Positions 39,916 through 48,896 of a DNA stretch of 64,000 nt are shown in pieces (position 1 is the first letter of the stretch; every line of letters begins with the position of its first letter). Both the position numbers and the translations under genes were made by a program. The DNA comes from an uncultured Gemmatimonadaceae bacterium (GTDB lineage Bacteria; Gemmatimonadota; Gemmatimonadetes; Gemmatimonadales; GWC2-71-9). Where the stretch lies: contig CAZXRC010000003.1 in NCBI GenBank assembly GCA_964642475.1, positions 46,393 through 110,392 on the forward strand. The letters are read 5' to 3'. The notes under the pieces were generated by a model. The model was given only the letters and a program-made list of their open reading frames with translations, ran no database searches and was not told the origin of the DNA.

Positions 39916-41931
39916 GTGACTGCCGCCCCGCGCCCGCTGGCGGCCCGGCTCGCCGGGCTCACGAGTCCCGCGGATCGCGAGGCCCGCGAGCGGCTGCTGC
40001 TCGAGAGCCTGGCCGACTTCTCGCCGCAGGTGCGGACCACGGCCGTCGCCCTGGCCGCCCGCGAGCTCGAGCCCGAGCGGCTGGTGTCGCTGGTGGCCGA
40101 GAGCGCCGATTCGGTGCTCCGCAACGCGGCGCTGGCGGCGCTCGAGCGGCAGGGGCCCTACGCCCGGAGCGCGGTGGAACAGGCGGTCTTTGCCGCCGAT
40201 CAGGATCTCGCGATGTTCGCCTGTCAGGTGTTGGGGAGCATCGGCGGCGCCTCCAGCGCCCCGGCCCTCCTCCAGGCTCTGGGCCGGACCGAGGTGAACG
40301 TGGTGCATGCCGCCTCCGAAGCCCTGGGCCGACTCCGTCGGCCGGAGGCGATCGAACCGCTGCTGTCGCTGCTCCAGGGAGAGCCGTGGCTCCAGCTGGC
40401 CGCGGCCGACGCCCTGGGTGCCATCGGCGACAGCAAGGCCGCCGAAGGGCTCCTCGCGCTGCTCCCCGACTCGATGGTCGCGGACGCGGCGCTGGACGCG
40501 CTGGCACGCATCGCGGCGCCGGCCGCGCTGCCGCGACTCCTCGAACTCCTCAGCCAGCCCCGCTCGCGGAATCTCTGGCCCGGCCTGCTCCGTGCCGCTG
40601 GCGCCGCTCTGCGGCGCTCCGACCCGCCAGCGGAGGCCACCGCCGAGGCCCTGGCCCGCTTCGGACGGAGCGTCGAGTCTGACCACGGACCGGCCAGCCT
40701 CTGGGGGTTCCTCGCCGAGCGGCTGGGGGGCGAGCAGGAGGACGACCGACCCACCCGGCCCGACGATCGGGCCCAGGCCCGGGGTACCGGGCCGAGTCTG
40801 CAGGCAACCGGCGCGCTGGTGCTCGCCTCCGGGATCACCAGCCTGCTGCCGCTGGTGCTCCGCTGGGGGGAGCTGCCCCCCTCCCGAGCCTGGCTCGCGC
40901 CGCTGGTGCAGCGGCATCTGGCCGGACTCCTTCCGCTCATCGGCTCGCTCCTGGCGCATCCCGACCCCGCCGTCCGGGCGGGTACGCTCGCGCTGGTTCC
41001 CGCCGATTCGGTGGGGGCCGCGGCGCTTTGCCGGGCGCTGGAGGACCCGGCGACCGGCGTGCGGATCGCGGCCTGCCAGTCGCTGGCTGAGGCCCCGGAG
41101 ACTGCCGCGACGATGGCGCTCACTTCGCTGCTGGATCAGGGGACGCCGGCCGAGCGGGCGGGGGCCGCCCAGGCGCTCATCCGGCTGCCCGAGTCCGCCT
41201 ATCTCCAGGTTCTGGGCTCGCGTCTCGCCGCGACCCGGGATGAGACGACCCTGATCGCGGTGTTGGCTGCGCTGGCCGAGGTCGATGCGCCAGGGCTGGA
41301 GGAGACGCTGCTCCGGATTGCCGTCCAGGTGAGCGGCTCCCTTCGCCGGGTGGCGCTGCGCGCGGTGGCGCGCGTTCCCGGCTCGCGGTCCGAGGCGCTG
41401 CTGCTCCGCGCCCTGGCGGAGGACGATCAGGGACACCAGGTCGAGGCCCTGGACCTCCTGGTGACGCGCGGCGGGGACCAGGTCCTCACCACGCTCGTGG
41501 CCCTGCTCGGCACGGGCAACTCGCTTCGATACCACGTCATTCGCGCGTTGGGGCGCCTGGGCCGCTCCGAGGCCACCACCCCGCTGATCGCGCTCTATTC
41601 CGAGGCGCCGCTGCACGAGCGGATCGAGATCCTCACCACCCTGAGCCGCCTGAGCGGTCGGGACGCAACCCCATTTTTGCTGGGGGCGCTGCAGGACCGC
41701 CAGCCCGAGATCCGCCGGGTGGCGGCCCAGGCGCTCGGGGCCCACGCCGGTTCGGGTGACCAGGCACTGCTGGCCCAGTTGGCGAACGACGAGGACTGGG
41801 TGGTCCGGGCCGAAGCGGCCCGGGCGCTGGGACGGCTCGGGGGGGCCGGCCGGGCCCTGCTGCTCGAGCTGGGGCGGGACCTCGAGCCCACGGTGGCGCG
41901 CACGGCACGAGCCGCGCTTGCGGGGCGATGA
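39916..41931 (+). CDS. HEAT-repeat (PBS-lyase-like) protein embedded in the che operon (Cpc7-like position)
   Basis: 671 aa of repeated ...VR..AA.ALG.....A...L motifs. The GTG start is 2 nt after the MCP stop. A 4-nt overlap joins it to cheR. Confidence 0.85.
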   Translation: MTAAPRPLAARLAGLTSPADREARERLLLESLADFSPQVRTTAVALAARELEPERLVSLVAESADSVLRNAALAALERQGPYARSAVEQAVFAADQDLAMFACQVLGSIGGASSAPALLQALGRTEVNVVHAASEALGRLRRPEAIEPLLSLLQGEPWLQLAAADALGAIGDSKAAEGLLALLPDSMVADAALDALARIAAPAALPRLLELLSQPRSRNLWPGLLRAAGAALRRSDPPAEATAEALARFGRSVESDHGPASLWGFLAERLGGEQEDDRPTRPDDRAQARGTGPSLQATGALVLASGITSLLPLVLRWGELPPSRAWLAPLVQRHLAGLLPLIGSLLAHPDPAVRAGTLALVPADSVGAAALCRALEDPATGVRIAACQSLAEAPETAATMALTSLLDQGTPAERAGAAQALIRLPESAYLQVLGSRLAATRDETTLIAVLAALAEVDAPGLEETLLRIAVQVSGSLRRVALRAVARVPGSRSEALLLRALAEDDQGHQVEALDLLVTRGGDQVLTTLVALLGTGNSLRYHVIRALGRLGRSEATTPLIALYSEAPLHERIEILTTLSRLSGRDATPFLLGALQDRQPEIRRVAAQALGAHAGSGDQALLAQLANDEDWVVRAEAARALGRLGGAGRALLLELGRDLEPTVARTARAALAGR

Positions 41932-42761
41932 AGGAGGCGACCGACACCGACTGGAAACTGGTGACCGACCTCCTGGCCGAGCGGTTCGGCCTGAACTTCG
42001 CCGGAGGTCGCGAGGAGATCCTCGAGGCCAGGCTCCGGCCCCGGCTCGAGGCGCTCGGCCTCGACGGACTCCGTGAGTACTACCACTATCTTTGCCTGCA
42101 CCCGGGCCGGGACGCGGAATTCGCCGAGTTGACCGCCCGGATCACCAACAACGAGACCTACTTCTTCCGGGAAGAAGCCCAGTTCGAGGTGATCGTCCAG
42201 CACCTCCTTCCCGAGTCCGCCATGCTGATGCGGGAGCGGCCACTGCGGATCCTCAGCGCGGCCTGTTCCTCCGGCGAGGAGCCCTATTCTCTCTCCATCC
42301 GCCTGGTGGACAGCGGCCATGAGCTCCTGGGCGGCCGCTGGGATATCGAAGCCTGCGATCTCAATCCCATCCGGCTGGAGACGGCCCGGCAGGCGGTCTA
42401 TGAAGGATTCGCCTTTCGCAACTGCGACGAGGACACCCGTCGCCGCTGCTTCCAGGAGGTCGAGCCGGGTCGCTACCGGCTGCGCGAACGCTACCGGCGG
42501 GCGGTGCGCTTCTTCCAACTCAACCTGGCCGCGCCGGTGATCGGACTCCCCTGGTCCGGCTATGACATCGTGCTCTGCCGCAATCTGCTCATTTACTTCA
42601 CACCCGAAGGTTTCGACCGACTGATCACCCGCTTTGCCCGGCTGATCCGTCCCGGCGGCTACCTCTTCCTGGGCCACTCCGAGTCGCTGACCGGCCGTCC
42701 GGAGTTCGAGCCGGTCTATTTCCAGCAGACCATGGGCTACCGCCGGACCGACACCCCATGA
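41928..42761 (+). CDS. cheR: Chemotaxis protein methyltransferase CheR
   Basis: SAM-binding motif ILSAACSSGEEPYSLSI, and DIVLCRNLLIYF. Confidence 0.92.
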   Translation: MKEATDTDWKLVTDLLAERFGLNFAGGREEILEARLRPRLEALGLDGLREYYHYLCLHPGRDAEFAELTARITNNETYFFREEAQFEVIVQHLLPESAMLMRERPLRILSAACSSGEEPYSLSIRLVDSGHELLGGRWDIEACDLNPIRLETARQAVYEGFAFRNCDEDTRRRCFQEVEPGRYRLRERYRRAVRFFQLNLAAPVIGLPWSGYDIVLCRNLLIYFTPEGFDRLITRFARLIRPGGYLFLGHSESLTGRPEFEPVYFQQTMGYRRTDTP

Positions 42762-43792
42762 TCCGGGTCTTCGTGGTGGACGACTCGCCCTTCGTGCGGA
42801 AGGCGCTTCGGCGGGTGCTGTCGGCCGACGCCGGGATCCAGGTCGTGGGCGAGGCGACCACCGGCGAGGAGGCCCTGGCCCTCATTCCCGATGCCGACCC
42901 GCACGTCGTCACGCTCGACGTCGAGATGCAGGGCATCAGCGGCCTCGACGTGCTCCGCCAGCTGCTCCTCTGGCGACCCGGGCTCCGGGTCCTGATGCTC
43001 TCCGCCCACACCCGTGACGGGGCGGCCGCCACGCTGGACGCCCTGGCCGCGGGCGCGGCCGACTTCATCGACAAACAGAGTCTCAACCTGATGGATCTCG
43101 AGCGACTGGGCCGGGAACTGGGCGAGCGACTCCGGGCCCTGGGGGGCGAGCGTGACACCCACACATCGAAAGCGGGGGCCGCGGCGGCGCCGGTCCGGCG
43201 GGACGCGGTCCATCTCCCCACCTCGGCCGACCTGCACCGGGCGGAGGTCTGCGTCATCGGGGCGAGCACCGGCGGTCCCGCCGCCCTGCAGACCCTGCTC
43301 GAAGGACTGCCGGCGCGGTTCCCCATCCCGGTGGCCATCGTGCAGCACATGCCGCTCGGCTTCACCCGGCCGTTCGCGGCGCGGCTCGACGGGCTCTGCC
43401 GTCTCCGGGTCAGGGAGGCGGAGGCGGGGCAGCGGCTGGTGGCCGGCGAGGTGGTGATCGCCCCGGCGGGAAGTCACCTCCGTCTCACGCCCAGCCTCAC
43501 CACCCTGCTCAGCACCGACGCGGGGGGCGCCCGCCACGTCCCCAGCGTCGACGTGCTCTTCCGGTCGGCTGCCCGGGCCCGGCCCGGTGCGGCCCTCGGC
43601 ATCCTGCTCACGGGGATGGGTGACGATGGCGCCGACGGGCTGAGTCAGATCCGGGCTCATGGCGGCACGACCATCGCGGAGAGCGAGGAGAGTTGCGCCG
43701 TCTACGGGATGCCCCGGGCGGCGGTGCAGCGCGGCGCGGCGCAGTTCATCCTGCCGGTGCGCGAGATCGGCAGGGTCCTGGCCGCGATGTAG
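42758..43792 (+). CDS. cheB: Chemotaxis response regulator protein-glutamate methylesterase CheB
   Basis: N-terminal REC domain (IRVFVVDDS...VVTLDVEMQGISG) and a methylesterase domain (GASTGGPAAL, QHMPLGFT, LTGMGDDG). Confidence 0.92.
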   Translation: MIRVFVVDDSPFVRKALRRVLSADAGIQVVGEATTGEEALALIPDADPHVVTLDVEMQGISGLDVLRQLLLWRPGLRVLMLSAHTRDGAAATLDALAAGAADFIDKQSLNLMDLERLGRELGERLRALGGERDTHTSKAGAAAAPVRRDAVHLPTSADLHRAEVCVIGASTGGPAALQTLLEGLPARFPIPVAIVQHMPLGFTRPFAARLDGLCRLRVREAEAGQRLVAGEVVIAPAGSHLRLTPSLTTLLSTDAGGARHVPSVDVLFRSAARARPGAALGILLTGMGDDGADGLSQIRAHGGTTIAESEESCAVYGMPRAAVQRGAAQFILPVREIGRVLAAM

Positions 43793-43823
43793 GAAGGTCC
43801 GCCCGCCGCTGCCGCGGGGCGCG

Positions 43824-45215
43824 TTACAGCAGCGTGCCCCGCAGGATCACGAAGGCGACGGTGAAGTAGATCACCAGGCCGGTGACGTCGACCAGGGTCG
43901 CCACGAACGGCGCCGAGGCGCTGGCCGGGTCGAACCCGATGCGCCGGAGGAGGAACGGCAGCATCGAGCCGGCCAGCGAGCCGAAGAGCACCACTCCCAC
44001 CAGCGCGGTCCCCACGGTGAAGGCCACCAGGAAGGCGTGATCGCCGTAGTCGTACCACCCCAGCTTCTGCCAGAGCAGGATCCGCAGGAGTCCGATGATC
44101 CCGAGGATCGTGCCCAGGGCCAGCCCGGTGGGAATCTCCCGGACCGCCACTCTCCACCAGTCGATCAGGGTGACCTCGCCCAGCGCCATCGCCCGGATGA
44201 TCAGCGAGGTGGCCTGGCTGCCGCTGTTGCCGCCGGAGCTGATGATGAGCGGGATGAACAGCGCCAGCACCACCGCGCGGCTGATCTCGTGCTCGAAGAA
44301 ACCCATGGCGGTGGCGGTGAGCATCTCGCCCAGGAAGAGCGCACAGAGCCACCCGGCCCGTTTGCGGATCATCCCCGCGAGACCGATCTCCATGTAGGGC
44401 TCATCCAGCGCCTGCATGCCACCCATCTTCTGCACGTCCTCGGTCTGCTCGCTGATCAGCGCGTCGATCACGTCGTCCACCGTGACGATACCGAGGACGT
44501 GGCCGGCGTCGTCCAGCACCGGAATGGCGAGGAGGTTGTACTTGCTGATGAGGCGGGCGACGTCCTCCCGGTCGACCAGCGGCCGGGTGGTCACCGGCTT
44601 CCGCCCTTCCCCGATATCCATCACCGAGACGTCCGACTCCGCCATGATCACTTCGCGGAGCGAGAGGACTCTGACGAGCCGCTGGGTCTTCTCCTCCAGG
44701 ACGTAAATGGCGTAGACGGTTTCCTTGGCCTCGCCCACCTGGGAGATGTGCCGTCGGACGTCGAGTGCGGTCCAGCCCGAGGGAACCCCCACGAACTCCG
44801 TCGTCATCAGCCCGCCGGCACTCTGGGGCGGGTAGGCCATCAGCATGCGGAGCTGGTCGCGGGGGACGGGATCGAGCACGTGCAGCAGCCGGGCCCGGTC
44901 GGCCTCCTTGAGATCGCGGAAGAGGCGAACCTGCTGGTCGGCCGACATCCCCTGGATAATCGGCGTCGCCACCGCATCGGGAAGCAGGGCAAACAGCTCG
45001 TCGCGGGCCTCGAGCGAAGGCTCGTCGAAGACCTCCACGGCGGTGTCGTGCGGCAGCACCGAAATGACCTTCGCCGCCGCCTCCCGGGGCAGATCGTTGA
45101 GACCGTCGGCGATGTCCGCCGGGAGCAGGCCGGCGCAGGTATCGGCGAAGTCCTGCTCGTCGGCCGCGAGCAGGTAGAGGAGCTCGCCGGGAGGCGGGGT
45201 CGGGCGCGTCGGCAT
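43824..45215 (-). CDS. mgtE: Magnesium transporter MgtE
   Basis: N-domain, tandem CBS domains and a C-terminal five-TM MgtE domain (GNSGSQ motif). Confidence 0.92.
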   Translation of the reverse strand: MPTRPTPPPGELLYLLAADEQDFADTCAGLLPADIADGLNDLPREAAAKVISVLPHDTAVEVFDEPSLEARDELFALLPDAVATPIIQGMSADQQVRLFRDLKEADRARLLHVLDPVPRDQLRMLMAYPPQSAGGLMTTEFVGVPSGWTALDVRRHISQVGEAKETVYAIYVLEEKTQRLVRVLSLREVIMAESDVSVMDIGEGRKPVTTRPLVDREDVARLISKYNLLAIPVLDDAGHVLGIVTVDDVIDALISEQTEDVQKMGGMQALDEPYMEIGLAGMIRKRAGWLCALFLGEMLTATAMGFFEHEISRAVVLALFIPLIISSGGNSGSQATSLIIRAMALGEVTLIDWWRVAVREIPTGLALGTILGIIGLLRILLWQKLGWYDYGDHAFLVAFTVGTALVGVVLFGSLAGSMLPFLLRRIGFDPASASAPFVATLVDVTGLVIYFTVAFVILRGTLL

Positions 45216-45308
45216 CAGGCACCTGCCGGGGAGTCGGGGGGAAGGACGAAAAGGCGCGAGCCGCGTCCGGCGCGGGTCAGGGTGTCCAGGTGTGGTGTGG
45301 CGAGAGGG

Positions 45309-45356
45309 GAGGCCCGCGGCGGGAGCGGTTTGCCTCCACTCCCACCGCGGGCCTCA
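45309..45356 (-). terminator. Strong GC hairpin overlapping the cutA stop codon (terminator or processing stem-loop)
   Basis: An 11-bp stem (45309-45319 pairs with 45346-45356) plus an inner GGGAG/CTCCC pairing. There is no clear T-tract. Confidence 0.35.
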
Positions 45357-45758
45357 CCTCTCGGCCACCTCGGCTCGCACCCAGGCGAGATAGGCCGGGT
45401 GGCCTCCGACCACGGGAGTCAGGACGATCTCGGGAACTTCGTAGGGATGCAGGGCCCTGATCCGTTCCACCAACGCGGGTCCCTGGCTGGCCGTGGTCTT
45501 GCAATGCACGTACCACTCGTCCGCCTGTTCGATCCGGCCCTGCCAGCGATAGCTGCTCCGGATCGGTCCCTGGCGCTGGGCACAGGCGGCCAGTCGGAGC
45601 TCCACGACCGTCCGCGCCACGCGGTCGGCCGCGGCCTCGGAGGGGAGGGTGGTGGTGACGATGACCGTGTCGGCGGGGCCCGAAAACGCCGAGGAGCCGG
45701 CCGGCGTTGCCCCGGAATCAGGGGCATCACCGGCCGGCTCCTCGGGAGTCCCCGCCAT
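45354..45758 (-). CDS. cutA: Divalent-cation tolerance protein CutA
   Basis: CutA1 core ...LAACAQ...I.S.YRWQG.I....E......KT...HPYEVPEI. The N-terminal ~30 aa is low complexity, so the start is uncertain. Confidence 0.85.
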   Translation of the reverse strand: MAGTPEEPAGDAPDSGATPAGSSAFSGPADTVIVTTTLPSEAAADRVARTVVELRLAACAQRQGPIRSSYRWQGRIEQADEWYVHCKTTASQGPALVERIRALHPYEVPEIVLTPVVGGHPAYLAWVRAEVAER

Positions 45759-45761
45759 GGC

Positions 45762-46139
45762 TCAGGAGGGAACTTTGGTGTCGTCTCCGGTCTTTCCATC
45801 CTTGATCGGGACCACCGCCGTCCGCCACCCGCTCTTGAAGGTGATGACGATGCGGTTGCTCTGGCCGTCGGCGGAGATATCGGTGATGTCGCCGCCGAAC
45901 TTGCTCCGGGCGTAGTTCACCGCCACATCGGCCTGGGTCTCGGCGCCGGAGTTGTAGGGGCGGGCGAATTCCCGGCCGACGGCCACGGCGATCGCCTGTT
46001 CCCGTCCGTAGCGGGCGAACTGGTCGGGCGGAATCAGCCCATCCTGATTCGCCACATGCTTGGCGGCCTGGTAGTCGCGGCAGGCCCCCAGCGGGGCCAC
46101 CGCCAGGCCGAGGAGCAGAGAGAGTCGAAGTGCACGCAT
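45762..46139 (-). CDS. Hypothetical lipoprotein
   Basis: MRALRLSLLLGLAVAPLGAC (signal peptide plus lipobox). 125 aa. The gene ends at 45762, 3 nt upstream of the cutA start at 45758. Confidence 0.7.
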   Translation of the reverse strand: MRALRLSLLLGLAVAPLGACRDYQAAKHVANQDGLIPPDQFARYGREQAIAVAVGREFARPYNSGAETQADVAVNYARSKFGGDITDISADGQSNRIVITFKSGWRTAVVPIKDGKTGDDTKVPS

Positions 46140-46184
46140 CAGGGTAGCCTCCGGGTCGCCCGAAGCTACTAGATTCCGGGGCCC

Positions 46185-47030
46185 ATGCGCAACCGACCAG
46201 CTGTGCGTATCTGTGCCGTGATCCTGCTGTTGTCCGGGCTGGGTTGGCCCGCACTCCTGGTGGGCCAGTACCAGCCCCGGCAGCTCTCCGCCCTCGCCGT
46301 CGGCGTCCAGCCAGTGGCGGGCTTCCAGCCTGCCCCGAATCCCACACTCCCATTCGCCCCGCTCCCGGCCACTCCCGCCTCACCGGCAGTGATCCGGTGG
46401 TACCACGGGGTGCTGTTCCTGGACGCCGTGGCGGCGTTGTCCCCGCTGGACGAACCGGTGCGGGACGAGGTCCAGCGCGAGCGGACCAATGGAAGCAACG
46501 ATGTGGCCCGGGTGGTCCGGCATGTGGGGCAGCCCGAAGTGTATGCCACGGTCGCGCTCGGGACGGTCGCGGCAGGGCTCCTCGCCGGCGACGCTCGCAT
46601 CACCCGGGCGGGAGCTCGTATCTCCTCCGGGATCGCGGTGGGAGGCCTGGTCAGCACCCTCATCAAGTTGAGCCTCGGCCGACGACGCCCGTTCTCGTCG
46701 GAGGATCAGTACACCTTCGGCCCGTTTACCAAGGCCGACGCCTCCTTCCCGAGCGGGCATACCATGACCGCGTTCGCCCTGGCCACCGGGGTCAGCGACG
46801 AGGTGCATTCGCTCCCGGTCACGATCGGTATGTACACCCTGGCGGCCGGAGTGGGGTGGTCCCGCATGAACGACAACAAACACTGGCTCACCGATGTCGT
46901 GACCGGGGCCGTCATCGGCATCGGCAGCGTCAAGCTGATGAACGGGCGCTGGCGGGTGTTCGGGATCTCGGCGCCGAAACCGCTGCTGGAGCCGGGGCAG
47001 GCAGGGGTGGCATGGAGTGGGGAGTTCTAG
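46185..47030 (+). CDS. PAP2 superfamily (type 2 phosphatidic acid phosphatase-like) membrane phosphatase
   Basis: The three PAP2 motifs: KLSLGRRRP, PSGHT, and SRMNDNKHWLTDV. Confidence 0.88.
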   Translation: MRNRPAVRICAVILLLSGLGWPALLVGQYQPRQLSALAVGVQPVAGFQPAPNPTLPFAPLPATPASPAVIRWYHGVLFLDAVAALSPLDEPVRDEVQRERTNGSNDVARVVRHVGQPEVYATVALGTVAAGLLAGDARITRAGARISSGIAVGGLVSTLIKLSLGRRRPFSSEDQYTFGPFTKADASFPSGHTMTAFALATGVSDEVHSLPVTIGMYTLAAGVGWSRMNDNKHWLTDVVTGAVIGIGSVKLMNGRWRVFGISAPKPLLEPGQAGVAWSGEF

Positions 47031-47044
47031 GACTGTGGGCCATA

Positions 47045-47160
47045 GGCAATGAGCCGTAAGCCGTAAGCCGTAAGCTCCTGCGGTGCACCTTGAGTCCGGG
47101 TCCGAATCGGCGGGACCTTCAGGTGACAACGTTACTGCTTAGGGCTTACGGCTCATCGCC
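47045..47160. repeat. Inverted arrays of tandem GCCGTAA heptamers forming a long stem-loop between convergent genes
   Basis: (GCCGTAA)x3 at 47053-47073. Arm 47045-47068 matches the reverse complement of 47137-47160 at 22 of 24 positions. The spacer is 68 nt. Confidence 0.8.
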
Positions 47161-47184
47161 TGCGGTTTCTGGCCGACCACCTCC

Positions 47185-48417
47185 TCACGCCGCCAGCGGC
47201 TCCTCCACCCAGATGTACTCCGGGTCGATGACGCCGGTCGTTTCGTCCCGGATGTGCCACGGCATCCCCGAGACATCCAGCAGCGACATGAAGGGATCGG
47301 GATCGAGTTGCTCGGGGGAGAACACCCCGTGACCCGACCAGGTGCCATTCGCCATCAGCCGCGCGGCGATGACCGGCGGTACCCCGGTCTGGTAGGCGGT
47401 GGCCTGGACGCCCAGCTCGCGCCAGGTCTGCTCATGGCTGGTGACATTGTAGATGTAGAACGACCGCTCGACCCCATCCCGGATTCCCCGGGCCAGCGTG
47501 CCGACGCAGGTCTTCCCCTGCATCCGCCCCGCCAGGGCGTGCGGCTCCGGCAGCAGCGAGACCACCAGGTCGCGCGGGGAGATCTCCACCCCGCCCACCC
47601 GCACCTTGTTCTTCCCGTGGAGGCCGAGGTCCTTGAGGACCTTGAGCGTCTGCCAGGTGGTGTCATCCATGCAGAGCTTGAAGTCCGCGACCCGGAGCCC
47701 CGGGAAGAACATCGGGAGGGTGCGAGCCTCTTCGTGGTCCACGTAGTAGGTGTTCAGCATCCCCAGCTCCGGGAAATTGAAGGGCTCGAACCCGGAGAGT
47801 GCCTCTTCCACATGGTGACGGCCATCCCGCCAGGAGATGGCGCCGCAGGTGCACTCGTCGATGAAGACCCAGGGGCTGAAGGTGGCGAGGAAGCCCGTGT
47901 GGCCCTGGCACACGGAGTTGTCCCCATCCCGGATCCGGAACTCGGTGACCTCGTCCAGCAGGTGCTTGGCCGCGTAGGCGGCGTAGATGTTCGAGGTGCC
48001 CGGATCGGCGCCCATTCCGAGCAGAGCCATGCGCCCCGCCGCGCGGAACCGGGCGTCGAGCGCGAACTGGTCCGGCAACTTGGGGGTGCCGTCGTTTTCC
48101 GCGCCTCCCGACGCCATGTCGATGTAGTCGCAACCCGCCTCGAGACAGGCTTGCATCACCACCAGGTTGGTGGCCGGGAGGGCGGCGTTGAGCAGAATGG
48201 TGGTCCGGGTTTCGGCGATCGCGCGCACCAGCGCCGGGCGATCGCTCGCGTCCAGCGTGAGGGCCCCTACGGCGGGGCTCCCGATCCGTCTGGCCAGGGC
48301 GTCCGCCCGGCCGGGAAGAGCATCAGCGACGACCAGCTGATCGACCTGCGGGTCTTCCGCGAATTTGAGTGCCGACACGGTCCCCACCGCGCCGCACCCC
48401 AACACCATGACTTTCAC
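47185..48417 (-). CDS. Saccharopine dehydrogenase family oxidoreductase (possibly carboxy(nor)spermidine dehydrogenase-like)
   Basis: N-terminal Rossmann motif MKVMVLGCGAVG. Length is 410 aa, with a family-typical C-terminal domain. AGGAG lies upstream of the ATG. Confidence 0.82.
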   Translation of the reverse strand: MKVMVLGCGAVGTVSALKFAEDPQVDQLVVADALPGRADALARRIGSPAVGALTLDASDRPALVRAIAETRTTILLNAALPATNLVVMQACLEAGCDYIDMASGGAENDGTPKLPDQFALDARFRAAGRMALLGMGADPGTSNIYAAYAAKHLLDEVTEFRIRDGDNSVCQGHTGFLATFSPWVFIDECTCGAISWRDGRHHVEEALSGFEPFNFPELGMLNTYYVDHEEARTLPMFFPGLRVADFKLCMDDTTWQTLKVLKDLGLHGKNKVRVGGVEISPRDLVVSLLPEPHALAGRMQGKTCVGTLARGIRDGVERSFYIYNVTSHEQTWRELGVQATAYQTGVPPVIAARLMANGTWSGHGVFSPEQLDPDPFMSLLDVSGMPWHIRDETTGVIDPEYIWVEEPLAA

Positions 48418-48896
48418 AAACTCCTCTTTTCATTGTGACGCGGGTCTCGGTCTGGTGTCCGTTCGGCCAAGAGAGGTACGCGCTACGTTGCGCGCCCATC
48501 TCACGGCCCCCAGGACGACCTCGCCCCCCCCGCATATAGGGGTCGCGACTCAAGGGTGATGTCAGTCGCGAGATCGGATCCTCCGAGTATCGGAGAATTC
48601 AAACACGGCCCCCCCGGCTGGCAGGGGGCCCGCAAGGCCAACCTAGCGCGCCCCCCCACCCCGCTGTCCAGCCTGCGTCGGTAGCGCCGACGGAATCGTG
48701 TTCGGGGGTTGACACCGCGAATCACCAGTGGACCGCTTACCTCCCAACCACTTACCCCTGACCCAGCGACCCGAAGAGAGACCGGCGCCAGGTGGCGATA
48801 ATGAGTCACTGTTTCCGTGGTTTCAGTGATCGAGTCGCCCCAGCCGATACTGAGGGCGGGAGCCCTCTGATCGTCACCGCCCAGGCACAGGACGCA

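Noticed and set aside
45216-45353. A possible M-box (Mg2+) riboswitch upstream of mgtE.
   Set aside because: The 138-nt gap is shorter than a typical M-box, and I could not find its conserved core. The dominant structure is a hairpin overlapping the cutA stop. An Infernal scan would be needed to settle this.
48418-48600. A possible lysine riboswitch (L-box) upstream of the saccharopine-dehydrogenase-family gene.
   Set aside because: AGAGG and GCCGAA fragments are present, but the ordered L-box helices and conserved junction sequences could not be traced on either strand.
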